64,000 nucleotides of DNA from Octopus vulgaris (GCA_951406725.2 OX597837.1:11532001-11596000), one strand, 5' to 3'. Numbered from the stretch's first letter, positions 1-13,697 are shown. Notes: generated from the sequence alone by a model not told the origin. Numbers and translations are program-made.

Positions 1-994
1 ATTGTTATGATGTTGCGTTAAAAGACAGAAGCTTCAAAGACTGGATTTCTCATATACAGAATAGCGCTAATGATTAGAAAAATGTGATAAATAGGAAAGG
101 AAATATATTGTGTTCCTTCATAATGCTTAAGTCTTGCTTATGATATCACCAGGATTTTTCTGAAACTTATAAATGAGCATTTCAGCGTAGACTATAGATA
201 TCATAAAGTCTTTAATAGAAATAACATTAAGATAAGGCATAACTGCACCGAAAACTCCATTGCTTCTATGGCCTGTATAAGCAGATGTAACGTTTCTGGT
301 ATGAACAGGCAAAGCACTTCTCGTCTAACTGCAGCCTTTCTGCTATCTTTTTTTCTACGGTTGGTGTCTTCTCTAAGGCATTTGTACATCGAGCAGATGT
401 ACCTGTGGCAAATGAAGGTGAAACAAAACGTTATAAAATTACTTCGAAAACATTGATAGGTTTTCGCAACGTAAGTATACATCCAGAGACACACAAATGC
501 CTTGTTGCTTCCCTATTCTAATACATCTTGAATTTACAACTTGAAAATGTTAGCAATTATAGATTTGATTAGTCTATTGCAAAACACATACGATTCTCTA
601 CATTAGTGGCTCCAGGAGGTGTAAAAGTTGTTTTACAGAGAAGCGTAACACCTTATTACAGCCCATTAGAATTAGTCAGGAAATATCGGAATTAGCGAAT
701 TTTGACAGTCCTGTATCGATATTAATGAGTTTCCCAATCTCAACAACCTAAAATCATTTTTCCCACATTTCATCATATTATGAAAAATGACCTTTCGGCA
801 TGAGGCGTTGAATCGTTTGCAATGAAGAACAACAATTTGGATATGGGGAATAATATCCGTTATCCAATGTCTTTCTGGGAGACAAAGCAGAAGCAATTAA
901 CAATCAATATGGCACCGAATTCTCTTTTCTTGTTTTTTGTTGTTTTTTATATATTTCTTACTGCGGGGAAACTTGCAACTATTCATGATATATT

Positions 995-1397
995 TACTCT
1001 TTTACTTGTTACAGTCATTTGACTGTGGCCATGCTGGAGCACTGCCTTTAGTCGAGCAAATCGACCCCAGGACTTATTCTTTGTGAGCCTAGTACTTATT
1101 CTATCGGTCTGTTTTGCCGAACCGCTAAGTTACTGGAACGTAAACACACCACCATCGGTTGTCATGCGATGTTGGGGGCACAAACACAGACATACAAGCA
1201 TATACACACGCATACATATATACATACATATATACGACGGGCTTCTTTCAGTTTCCGTCTACCAAATCCACTCGCAAGGCTTTGGTCAGCCCAAGGCTAT
1301 AGTAGAAGACACTTGCCCAAAGTGCCACGCAGTGGGACTGAACCGGGAACCACGTGGTTCGTAAGCAAGCTACTTACCACACAGTCATTCCTACGCC
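995..1397 (-). mobile_element. tRNA-derived SINE, family A (near full length)
   Basis: Reverse complement of the 8550-8973 and 54052-54471 copies: tRNA-like head with A/B boxes, internal CA/TA microsatellite, (GAGTAAAA)-type tail. Confidence 0.85.
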
Positions 1398-1492
1398 TGG
1401 TAGAGAGAATGAATTATATAACACACAAATATGTATTTGAGTACGGGCAATATATTTATATATGTATAAATACACACACACACACACACACA

Positions 1493-1546
<54 letters not shown>

Positions 1547-2148
1547 AAGGTAGAAGCTAATTGCACATATGCACATACATATATGTCTATATAATATATA
1601 TGTATACGCACACACACACATATATGCATGTATGTATGGACATATGTATTATGCATATATACATGTATGTAATTATATAAACTACGTTATTAAACCACCC
1701 GTATTGAGAATTCTATAATTCTGTGTGTCTTTCCGTTCATATATTGTAATTCTCTCCTTATCTTGAATCTTACACAAATTATATATAGAAGACAAAACGA
1801 AGCACGACAGATTGCTTCTAAGCCATTGAGAAACACAATCTGGAGAATGTTTCATTAACACATATTAAGTGTTAGATACATACTGCAAATTATATTATGT
1901 CAATTACAACCGAAATGACTTAACGTCAAGTCCTCAGAGCCGTGTAACTTATATATACGTAATATTATTAGATTAGAGGTCATGACTGCGACGATGATTC
2001 CTGTCTTCTTTTCAATATAATGGTGTTACAAATAAAAGTTGCACGTCTCATATAATTTGACATGATGTAATTTGCATCATGTAACTAATGATTATGTTAT
2101 GTTAATGAAATGTACGTAAAGCTAAATATCTCTCTTACTTCGTTTTGT

Positions 2149-2191
<43 letters not shown>

Positions 2192-2484
2192 TGTGTCTGT
2201 GTGTGTGTGTGTGTGTGTGTGTAGCGTTTCGATCAAAAACGAAGCTGAGATTTTATCTCTATCGACCAGAGTTTCATGTCTATACGATCATCAGACGAAA
2301 CTGTTTAGCTTTTTGATCTCACTGGCTTGAAAGTCAAGTAGCGAGACAAACTATCAGTTTCAGTTTCAGCAAACCAAACTGTATCCTCTACAACATGTAC
2401 TGAACACACCTTTCCCATTCGTTCGACATCAACAACGATTAATAACGTACATATACATATACGCATAAATATATATATATATAT

Positions 2485-2541
<57 letters not shown>

Positions 2542-2627
2542 GATTACATACAGGCACACACGCATTCACACACACACGCACTCACAGACATGTATGTGTA
2601 TGCATATATATATATATATATATATGT

Positions 2628-2836
2628 TTCAAAATGTGACCTCGTGTGTACCGTTGGCGATTTTTTTTCCTCTGTCTTCCCTTCTCTGGATCTTTCCTTC
2701 TCCTATGTTTCCGACGAAGAGCTCCGCTCGAAACGTTAAATCCTCCTTCTTTCCTTCTTTCCTGAGCGTCCAATACTACTATATTTGTTCCACGTTCTCG
2801 CGTTGTTGTGTTTTTTGCGCTTTCTTGTTTGGATTA

Positions 2837-2840
<4 letters not shown>
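2628..2840 (+). mobile_element. ~215-bp non-autonomous hammerhead-bearing element (solo pLTR / retrozyme-like) flanked by (TA)n
   Basis: Homologous to 10118-10327, 10426-10639 and 62241-62330 (minus-strand fragment); ends TTGGATTAACT followed by (TA)n. Confidence 0.7.
2708..2740 (+). ncRNA. Minimal type I hammerhead ribozyme motif (CCGACGA core variant)
   Basis: TTT-CCGACGA-A-GAGC(TCC)GCTC-GAAAC-GTT-AAA; stem III reduced to the palindrome ACGT. Confidence 0.6.
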
Positions 2841-2894
<54 letters not shown>

Positions 2895-2963
2895 GTAGTA
2901 AACACATAAATGTGAAACAAGGTGGAAAAAAGAGTACTCAAATACCAGGGGTAGAGTAATATG

Positions 2964-3120
2964 CTTTATTTAAAGCAGCAGAAAATTCAACAAAACCTGT
3001 TACTCTGAGTTTCACGTTCCCGTTCGTCGGACAGTTTTTGGTAGCAAAAACTGTCCGATGAACGGCAACGGGAAACTCAGAGTAACAGGTTTTGTTGAAT
3101 TTTCTGCTGCTTTAAATAAA

Positions 3121-3121
<1 letters not shown>
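2964..3121. repeat. 158-bp near-perfect palindrome holding two opposed hammerhead motifs
   Basis: Arms 2964-3040 and 3045-3121, loop GTAG; each arm reads CTGT-CCGAYGA-ACG(GNRA)CGK-GAAAC-TCAGA-GTA-ACAG. Confidence 0.85.
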
Positions 3122-3195
<74 letters not shown>

Positions 3196-3850
3196 TGCAT
3201 GTATGTATATGCGTGTATATGTTTCATCCGTGAAGGATAAAATGTATTAAAACACATTTTAGTGTCAAAGTAGTTTTAAATTATAGTTATTGTTTCCTTA
3301 CAACCTGGCCGAGTTATTTTAACTTTTTTATACTCAGAAAAATTTAATCATTCATATAAAAGAATAAGTTTTTGAATTTTACGAAATATGTTTTATATCA
3401 ATCAGAATGATAATTCGTTGCGAAGAACAGTCAGAGGTCAGAAAAAACATAAGAATGTGTTGTAAATTAGATATAATAGAAAAAGAAGAGGGGAGAAATG
3501 TAAGATGGAAAAAGAAGAAGAATGGCAGGCGGAAGTTGGAGAGCAAGGTGTAAGACAGAGGAGTGAGAAGCATTGTTAAAGGAGATGAAAAAATATAACT
3601 GATCCGGAGTCTTGAAAATTGTCAAAAAGAAATCATTAAATATGAAAGGGTTAGGAAGAATTGTGAGATGGGGAAAGAAGAAAATAACAGACGCAGTAAG
3701 AGAAGAAAAACAAAAGACAGGGAAGAGAGGAGCATTGTTTGAGATGAAAAAAAATAAAACTTATCCGGAGATTTGAAAAATGTCAGAAAGAAATGTTTAA
3801 AAATGAAACGAGTATGATGGATTGTAGGTGTCTAGGGAAGAAGAAAGAAT

Positions 3851-3925
<75 letters not shown>

Positions 3926-3953
3926 TATAATAATAATAATAATGATAATAATA

Positions 3954-4624
<671 letters not shown>

Positions 4625-5099
4625 GTAATGAGCAAAATAATCATAGAACGCAAAAAAATATGAAATATATAAAAACAGGTGCTGGAATTGCTATGTGGTT
4701 AAGAAACCCGCTTGCCAAGTATTTAGTTTCTGGTTCAATCTCACAGCTTGGTCCTACCAAAGCCTTCTGAATGACTTTGGTAGATGGAAACTGTGAAAGC
4801 CCCTCGTATGTGTGTGTTTACGAATCGTTGTCTTCTCATCGCCGTTTGACAACCAGTGCAGATTTGTTTACGCACCGTAACTTAGCGGTACAGCAAAAGA
4901 GATCGAAGATATGAGTATCAGACTTTAAAGAAACATAAATACAGAAATCGATTTGTTCGAATAAACCCTTCGAAGCGGTGCCCCAGCACGGCCGCAGTCC
5001 AACAAGTAAAAACAAAGGCAAATATATGATTTCAAAAAGAACCAAGGAATTTGGTTTTATAAACAAAATTTTAGTATAGACGGTTATAAACTGAATTAG

Positions 5100-5330
5100 G
5101 ATGTTTTCGAAATGATGCCAAGATCTCTGAATCTATGATAAAGGATTCCATGTTCAATATTGTCACAGGCTTTAACAAGAACAAAGTATATTTAGTTAGT
5201 GCCCATACACCTTAGAAGATTGTTAAGGATAGTGTTATGATGCAGGAAAAGATGTCTCAGGCAACCTTACCTTGTTTTAAAAATCTAAGAGGTTATTTTC
5301 CTAAGAGCAGTTGATTATTTTCTTTCGAAC
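5100..5330 (-). pseudogene. Decayed CR1/L2-like LINE reverse transcriptase fragment
   Basis: Minus strand reads IYFVLVKACDNIEHGILYHRFRDLGIISK, a decayed IYLDFAKAFDKVDHGIL..KL..LGI.GK motif; stop codons nearby. Confidence 0.55.
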
Positions 5331-5467
5331 AATGTTTTCTACAAAATTTATGGCGGCGTAAACACAGCCACATCTAGTTGTCAGGCGAAGGTGAGGTGGG
5401 TGCAAACACAGACACAGAGACACACCCACACCCATATGTGTATCATATGAATATGACACTCACAATC

Positions 5468-5542
<75 letters not shown>

Positions 5543-5617
5543 CACACATACATACATGTTCGACTACCTGCAGTCAAATGACTGAAACAAGTAAAAGATA
5601 AAAGATAAAAGATTGTG

Positions 5618-5666
<49 letters not shown>

Positions 5667-5699
5667 ATATATATGCATATATATATATACATTATATAT

Positions 5700-5940
5700 A
5701 CCACATGATCATGTGACCGACCAGACTATCAGATGTTGTTACCATCGCTGGTCACAATGCACTTTGCATCGTTTTAGCCATCGAATGACGCAACACCGCT
5801 GATTAGGCGAGCAAACCCACATTCCGTCTTGTTCGTAATGAAGTGTTTTCCTCAAGAACACAACGCGGTGCCCGGTCTGGGAATCGAACCTACGACCTTG
5901 TATGCGTAGGGGCAAAAACCTAACCACAATGTCACGTGCA
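5700..5940 (-). mobile_element. Degenerate tRNA-derived SINE
   Basis: B box GGTTCGATTCCC on minus strand near 5880-5890; 3' part shared with 59000-59105. Confidence 0.55.
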
Positions 5941-6025
5941 TGCGTGCGTGCGTATGAATGAGAACCAGATTTAATGCACGACATTTAAACGAGACGCAAG
6001 GAAATGAAACTTCATCTCATACGTA

Positions 6026-6423
6026 TTCTCTTTTTCTCTTTTACTTGTTTCAGTCATTTGACTGCGGCCATGCTGGAGCACCGCCTTTAGTCGAGCAAAT
6101 CGACCCCGGGACTTATTCTTTTGTAAGCCCAGTACTTATTCTATCGGTCTCTTTTGCCGAACCGCTATGTGACGGGGACGTAAACACACCAGCATCGTTT
6201 GTCAAGCAATGCTAGGGGGACAAACACACTCACACACACTTATATATATATACATATATACGACAGGCTTCTTTCAGTTTCCGTCTACCAAATCCACTCA
6301 CAAGGCATTGGTCGGCCCGGGGCTATAGCAGAAGACACTTGCCCAAGATGCCACGCAGTGGGACTGGACCCGGAACCATGTGGTTGGTTAGCAAGCTACT
6401 TACCACACAGCCACTCCTGCGCC
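6026..6423 (-). mobile_element. tRNA-derived SINE, family A (full length)
   Basis: Nearly identical to 46003-46386 and to the reverse complement of 8550-8973. Confidence 0.9.
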
Positions 6424-6783
6424 TATAAATATATATGAGGTTTCATTTCCTTTAACTAAAGTGTTAGACCATAATTCGTTCTAACATTCAGCTCGTAGCT
6501 AGAGGTTGCCTTTCTAGTGTAGGCCTTGTTTACCACACAGGGTTATACGATGCAAAGCAAATTAATAATGGATTATCGCCACAAGGCATTGTACTGACTA
6601 TCATGCAACCTATGCTGTTTCTCTACTGGTGGTCCGAAGAGACATTAGTGTCTGTATTTAATATCAATTGTCAGGATTTTAAATTGGATTTCATGGTAAA
6701 GAAATAATTACGCTATTGTCGCAAAAGCTGGAAATTGTTAATAGTGTTAAGAGTAATCCGTGGTAAGAGCTTTGCATTCCAAT

Positions 6784-7092
6784 CCAATAACAAGGATGGA
6801 CTATTTATATACAAATAAATATATATATATTTATGTATATATATGTATATATATATATATGTGTATACAAATAAATATATATATATTTGTATATATATAT
6901 ATACAAATAAATATATATATATTTGTATATATACAAATAAATATATATATATTTGTATATATATATATATACAAATAAATATATATATATTTGTATATAT
7001 ATATATATATATACAAATAAATATATATATATATTTGTATATATATATATATATATACAAATAAATATAAATATATTTGTATATATATATAT
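6784..7092. repeat. Higher-order AT minisatellite with self-complementary units
   Basis: About 7 repeats of TACAAATAAATATA..TATTTGTA separated by (TA)n. Confidence 0.75.
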
Positions 7093-7327
7093 ACTCTCTT
7101 TTTACTCTTTTATTTGTTTCAGTCATTTGACTGCGGCCATGCTGGAGCACTGCCTTTAGTCAAGCAAATCGACCCCGGGACCTATTCTTTGTAAGCCCAG
7201 TACTTATTCTATCGGGCTCTTTTGCCAAACCGCTAAGTGACGGGGACGTAAACACATTTGTTAGAAACGCCCGGTCTGGGAATCGAAACCGCGAGTCCGC
7301 TGCCCTAACCACTGGGCCATTGCGCCT

Positions 7328-7330
<3 letters not shown>
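7093..7330 (-). mobile_element. Family A SINE 3' half followed by an internally deleted family C SINE head
   Basis: 7093-7256 matches the family A tail; 7267-7330 is the reverse complement of the GGAGGCGCAATGGCCCAGTGG head seen at 36649. Confidence 0.75.
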
Positions 7331-7387
<57 letters not shown>

Positions 7388-8071
7388 GACAGGCTTCTTT
7401 CAGTTTCCGTCGTATGTATGTATGTGAGTGTTTTTTTTGTGTGTGTGTGCTATACAGGTTTGTATGTATGTATGTTCGCTTCTGCTTTTGTATCAATTCT
7501 TTGTCTGAGGAAGGAGCTGGTTTCTAACAAATGTACAAAGCTTCGTCGCTGGAATGTAGATTACAAGATCGATGTCACATCTTGAACTTGAGCGAAGTCT
7601 TGTATATTTTTACCGTTCTACTTTACAGAATGGATTTGCAATGTGCGATTTCAGCTTATTGGTTTCTTTATCTAAATGCCTTGGCTTATCCAGATGGCTA
7701 CTTAGTCATTTACTCACAAAGCCACACGCTTGTAAGTATGTAAACGGGAAGAGAGAGAGGGGGAGAAGGAGAGGAGGAGAGGGAAAGAGAAAGAGGAAGA
7801 GAGAATGAGAGAACTAATATGTAAGTATTTGACATCTAAATCACACCTGATTAACAGGGAAAATGCATTAATTCAAAATCGGATTATAGAGAATTACTAC
7901 GAAACCTGCAAATTCTTCACCTAGATTAGATGTTTGCAACTGTTAACAATTTAATCTGATAACAAATTAGTTAATGAATAAATGGTGAAATTGAGAGGTT
8001 TCGATCATTAAGCGAAGAGCGACATAAGCGAGCGCGAAAAACGATTTTCTAGAATTGCATGCGTGTATATA

Positions 8072-8139
<68 letters not shown>

Positions 8140-8162
8140 GTGTGTGTGTGTGTTTTTGTGTG

Positions 8163-8256
<94 letters not shown>

Positions 8257-8549
8257 GATGTTTATAGAAACTAATGTTTCAGCTAACAGATTAATCAACC
8301 AACTGGAAGATTTTTGCTAATGAAAAAAAAAACCGTATTAGCGAATTTGGAGTCGGTTATATGAAGATGGATCAAACCCACATTTGAACGGAGATTTTCT
8401 GAAATTTACGATTTCTGTTGGATTCAATTATGATTATAGAATTAACAATTAAAATAAATATTGATTGAGAATAAGAAGAAAGAGAGAAACAGAAACAAAA
8501 TATGAATAAATTTGTAGAAAATATAGTTAAAAATTATTATAATATACAG

Positions 8550-8731
8550 GGCGCAGGAGTGGCTGTGTGGTAAGTAGCTTGCTAACCAACCACATGGTTC
8601 CGGGTTCAGTCCCACTGCGTGGCATCTTGGGCAAGTGTCTGCTACTATAGCCCCGGACCGACCAATGCCTTGTGAGTGGATTTGGTAGACGGAAACTGAA
8701 AGAAGCCCGTCGTATATATGTATATATATAT

Positions 8732-8770
<39 letters not shown>

Positions 8771-8973
8771 TCCCCCTAGCATTGCTTGACAACCGATGCT
8801 GGTGTGTTTACGTCCCCGTCACTTAGTGGTTCGGCAAAAGACACCAATAGAATAAGTACTGGGCTTACAAAGAATAAGTCCCGGGGTCGATTTGCCCGAC
8901 TAAATGCGGTGCTCCAGCATGGCCACAGTCAAAATGACTGAAACAAGTAAAAAAGTAGAGAGTAAAGAGAGTA
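8550..8973 (+). mobile_element. tRNA-derived SINE, family A (full length)
   Basis: Head GGCGCAGGAGTGGCTGTGTGGTAAG (A box), GGTTCAGTCCC (B box); internal (TG)n; tail ACAAGTAAAAAAGTAGAGAGTA. Confidence 0.9.
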
Positions 8974-8999
8974 TCAATGAATAAAGTTAATATTGGTTT

Positions 9000-9350
9000 A
9001 TAAAGTTTGGCACAAGGCCATCAGTTTTGGGGTAGGATGCGGGTGGATCACATCGACTCCAGTACTTAACTGGTACTTATTTTTTCAACCCTGATAAAAG
9101 ACAAAAGGCAAAGTTGACCTCAGTGGAATTTGAACTCCGAATAGATTGGTACAAAGCTAGCAATTTCGGGGGAATGGTTAAGTCCATCACATCGACCCCC
9201 ACAGGTCAACTGATGTTTCTTTTTATCTGCTCCGAAAGTATGAACGGCGAAGTCGACCGCGGAAAAATTTGAACTCAGAAACTAAATACGGACTAAATAC
9301 CGCTATGCATTTTGTCCGGCGTGCAAACAATTCTGTTATCTCGCCGCCCC
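9000..9350 (-). mobile_element. Degenerate family B SINE fragments
   Basis: Reverse complement of TTCTGAGTTCAAATTCCGCCGAGGTCGACTTTGCCTTTCATCC occurs twice. Confidence 0.65.
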
Positions 9351-9455
9351 CTGAATAGAGTAAGTATTGACATGTTCTTTCTAAAACCGACAACGTAAAA
9401 CTTCAACTCAACCTGCATTGAAATATCGCAGACTTGGTTCACTTATAGTAGTTTT

Positions 9456-9542
<87 letters not shown>

Positions 9543-10078
9543 AACAGTAATACCAGGATGGAATTTACCAATATTTAATACCTTGCTACGTACGTTTCCA
9601 CATATCTGATGAAGCATGCTGGAGCACCGCTTTTAGTCGAACAAATCAAGCTCGTACTTATTCTATCAGCATCTTTTGCCGAAACGATATTTTACAGGGA
9701 CGTAAACACACTAACATCGGTCGTCAAGCGCTGCGGGGGACAAAACAAACACAGACACACAAATATATATATGTGTGTATATATATATATATATAAGAGG
9801 GATGACTACGTAAGATGTTGTTATCTGTTTGGTGGGATATGAAAGGTTTAGTTGACTTTGAACTTTCAAACCGAAACCAAACGATAACAAAGGAGACCTC
9901 CTTTTAAGAGCAGCTTCTGCGGCTTAAGTCAGCGCTTGAAGAAAAACGACTATGTTTGGTTCCAAGACGAAACGTGTTCTTCCATCAGGATAATACTTTT
10001 CCAACAGAATAATACTCTTACCACAAAGCCTCATAAATGTAAAAGAATAAAAGAATAAGTGTCTGTGTATACATAAAT

Positions 10079-10112
<34 letters not shown>

Positions 10113-10117
10113 ATAAT

Positions 10118-10639
10118 ATGTGACCGCGTGTGTATTGTTGGCGATTTTCTTTCTCCTTCTTCCCTTCCTTGGACCTTTCCTTTTTCTGTTTCTGACGAAG
10201 AGTTCCGCTCGAAATGTTAAATCCTCCTTCTTTCTTTTCTTTCCTGAGCGTCCAATAACTCTATACTTGTTCCACGTCCTCGCGTTGTTGTGCTTTTCTC
10301 TTTGTGTTTTCATGTTTGGATTAACTATATATATAATATGATATAATATAATATAACATAATATAATATAATATTATATATATATATATACGTAAATAAA
10401 GAGTTGTGTATATATATATATATATTCAAAATGTGACCGCGTGTGTACCGTTGGCGATTTTTTTCCTCTGTCTTCCCTTCTCTGGATCTTTCCTTCTCCT
10501 ATGTTTCCGAAAAAGAGCTCCGCTCGAAACGTTAACCCCTCCTTCTTTCCTTCTTTCCTGAGCGTCCAATAATACTATATTTGTTCCACGTCCTCGCGTT
10601 GTTGTGTTTTCTCTTTGTGTTTACATGTTTGGATTAACT
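10118..10639 (+). mobile_element. Tandem pair of ~215-bp hammerhead-bearing elements
   Basis: Copies at 10118-10327 (CTGACGA core at 10192) and 10426-10639 (core decayed to CCGAAAA at 10507), separated by TA-rich spacer; same family as 2628. Confidence 0.75.
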
Positions 10640-10908
10640 ATATATATATATAGACCAGGACCCACAGCTTAGCTGATATAAATCCAACAATCACAAAATT
10701 TACCAAAATTACGCCAGCAGACGCCGACCAAGAATCATTACTGTATGTCACAATTATGAACTGTTCCATTATACTCTTTAAGCATATAGCATGGACTCTC
10801 TTTATTATATATAAAAAAAATTTTTTGATAAGGTTCGTTATTTCAAGAACCGAAACATGTAAAATTAAAATTTAACTAATATAGCGGCATTTTCAAACTT
10901 CATTTTTT

Positions 10909-10968
<60 letters not shown>

Positions 10969-11020
10969 TTCATATATGTATATATATATATATTCATATA
11001 TATATATAATATATATATAT

Positions 11021-11298
11021 ATTGGTAAAAACGGTAACATAACAAAAGAAAGAAAGAGACCTCAATATTATGTAAATAGAGGAAATTATATATACTTCAA
11101 TATAATATATTATAATTTAAAAACATTAGTAAGAGAATTTCTAGCCTCTCCTCCGATAAGGACATCTTTAATAGCGTTGCCCCAGTTTATGATAAGGCTT
11201 TAAAAGATAGTGGTTTTAGCGAAAAAATAAAATATACACCTGTTACTAGCCCAACAGTAAAGAAGAGGAAAAATAGAAATAGGAAGATCATCTGGTTT
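11021..11298 (+). mobile_element. Short Penelope-like fragment: inverted pLTR end fused to a stop-free RT/linker segment
   Basis: 11122-11298 encodes NISKRISSLSSDKDIFNSVAPVYDKALKDSGFSEKIKYTP...RNRKIIWF, matching ORF 21960-22652; 11021-11090 is the reverse complement of 23185-23253. Confidence 0.85.
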
Positions 11299-11725
11299 AT
11301 ATGTACGTACATAAAGAGTTATGTGTATGTGTGTATGGATGTGTGTGTGTCCAGAAGTGGCCATTAAATTTTCATACTTTTAGTTCGAGAGTATTGTTCT
11401 AAAACAAAACTAAAGTTTGAAGTAATTACGTATCTAAGTACCTGATGTTCGGTGACAGAGTAGATGTGATGTTCGCAAAGAAATGCAATCAGTTTAAAAG
11501 TTGCCTGGAGTCCGTTGATGACATATTGTTTAATTATATATTGTTCTTTCTGTCTGAAGCTCGAAAATCCATTTAACTTATAAAATGTAAATAGATATTC
11601 TCGTTTGTACTGTGTTGTTGTTTTTTAGTGTTTGTGTTATGTTGTTATTATGTGTAAATTATAGATTACAGGAAGACATAAAAATTGACTCACACACACC
11701 TGCTTTTTATCTATCTATCTATCTA

Positions 11726-11808
<83 letters not shown>

Positions 11809-12139
11809 AAGGGTAAAATTAATTATATAATTATATAATTAATAATTAATAATTTTACCATGTAGTTCGGTGTGTTAAAAGAACCATTATCGGTAAACTT
11901 AAACAAATTTTTATTTTTATTATTATGAGTATAATTATAATTAGGGTTCAGCAAAAACCTTTGCTTCACCACATACCGAAATTTAGAAATAGCAGTAATT
12001 ACCTCCGTTAGGAACATACTAGAGAATAAAATAGAGCTCGGTCACCCCTAGAATTAGCAAATAACCGAGAGTAATCGAAGTTTAGGCTTAGGCAATTATC
12101 AGATGTAAAAAATATAAATTGAATAAATAGAGTCCATTT

Positions 12140-12193
<54 letters not shown>

Positions 12194-12209
12194 GATATGT
12201 GTGTGTGTG

Positions 12210-12259
<50 letters not shown>

Positions 12260-12760
12260 TATTAATATTCATATTCATATTTCGCTAAGGCCTAGCCATA
12301 CGGATAACGGTATCAGGACTCAATACACGTATATCTTCAGAACAGAAGCATTAGTCGACGATAGGACTTTATAAGAAATCAAATCAATGACAAGAAGGCT
12401 AGAAACTAGGTAATGGACTTCATTCGCCTGCAGCTGTTTTTTGCTAAAATATATATATATTTTATATATTTTATATATATGTGTGTATACATATGTATCA
12501 ATGTGTCTATGTATGTATTTATATATGGCTGTGATCATGTGATGCCTGAGTGTACGCTAAAGTCTTAAATATATTATGTACACAACTTTACGTTAACCAC
12601 TGCTGTTTCGTGTGCCAAAAGGAAAATTTGTTTTCTGAGACACTTACCGTTACACGGTAAATATTTACGGACACAGCTATCTTTTAAAAATAAATGCGAT
12701 ACGCGCTCTTAAACAGTGTACTAACACATACATACATACATACATACATACATACATACA

Positions 12761-12856
<96 letters not shown>

Positions 12857-12857
<1 letters not shown>

Positions 12858-13030
12858 TGGTAAAAACGGTAAGATAAAAGAAAGAAAGAGCTTTCAATAT
12901 TATGTAAATAGAGGAAATTTATCAATAAATATAATATGTGACAATTATTCGGTAGCCAAGATAAAATTCTGAATTTCAGATGCCGAGGTGGAAAACCATA
13001 TCCCATCTCTTACAGGTTATCTGGTTATTT
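12857..13030 (-). mobile_element. Solo pLTR end of the Penelope family, with hammerhead motif at 12959-13022
   Basis: Homologous to 23083-23253; minus strand AGATAA-CCTGTAAG-AGATG...CATCT-GAAATTCAGAATT-TTATCT. Confidence 0.75.
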
Positions 13031-13068
13031 GGTCAGAGTATTCAAACTGAATTTATTGTGGTACCTAA

Positions 13069-13165
<97 letters not shown>

Positions 13166-13224
13166 CTTTTAGTTTCTCTCTACCAAATTTACTCTATTAC
13201 CACACAGCCACGCCTACGCCTATA

Positions 13225-13267
<43 letters not shown>

Positions 13268-13407
13268 TCTATTCAAATAAACCAATTAAATAAACATGCA
13301 CAGCGAATGTATTCTTTTGGCGCGCAGTAAAAAGACTGAGTTTTTGATGTTTCGTGCATAGCTCTCTGTCGGAAAGAAAGGGAAAAGTCACATACACACT
13401 ATATATA

Positions 13408-13697
13408 GGCGCTGGCGTAGTTTTGTGGTAAGTAGCTTGCTTACCAACCACATACTTCTAGGTTCAGTCCCACTGCGTGGCATCTTGGGCAAGTGTCTTC
13501 TAATATAACCTCGGGCTGACCAAATCCTTGTGAGTGGATTTGGTAGACGGAAACGGAAAGAAGCTTGTCCTATACATACATATATATATATGTGTGTGTG
13601 TATCTGTGTTTGTCCCCCACCGTCGCTTGACAACCGATGTTAGTGTGTTTACGTCACCCGTAACTTAACGGCTCAGCTGAACCAAATCGAAGAATAA
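13408..13697 (+). mobile_element. tRNA-derived SINE, family A (3' degenerate)
   Basis: Family A head and body. Confidence 0.8.

Noticed and set aside
1083-1364. Recurrent ORFs such as DTCPRCHAVGLNPEPCGW at several loci
   Set aside because: Antisense reading of the family A SINE head
10819-10866. Hammerhead-like TTGATAA-GGTTC..GAACC-GAAACATGTA
   Set aside because: Two core substitutions and a weak stem I; probably a dead relic, not counted as a feature
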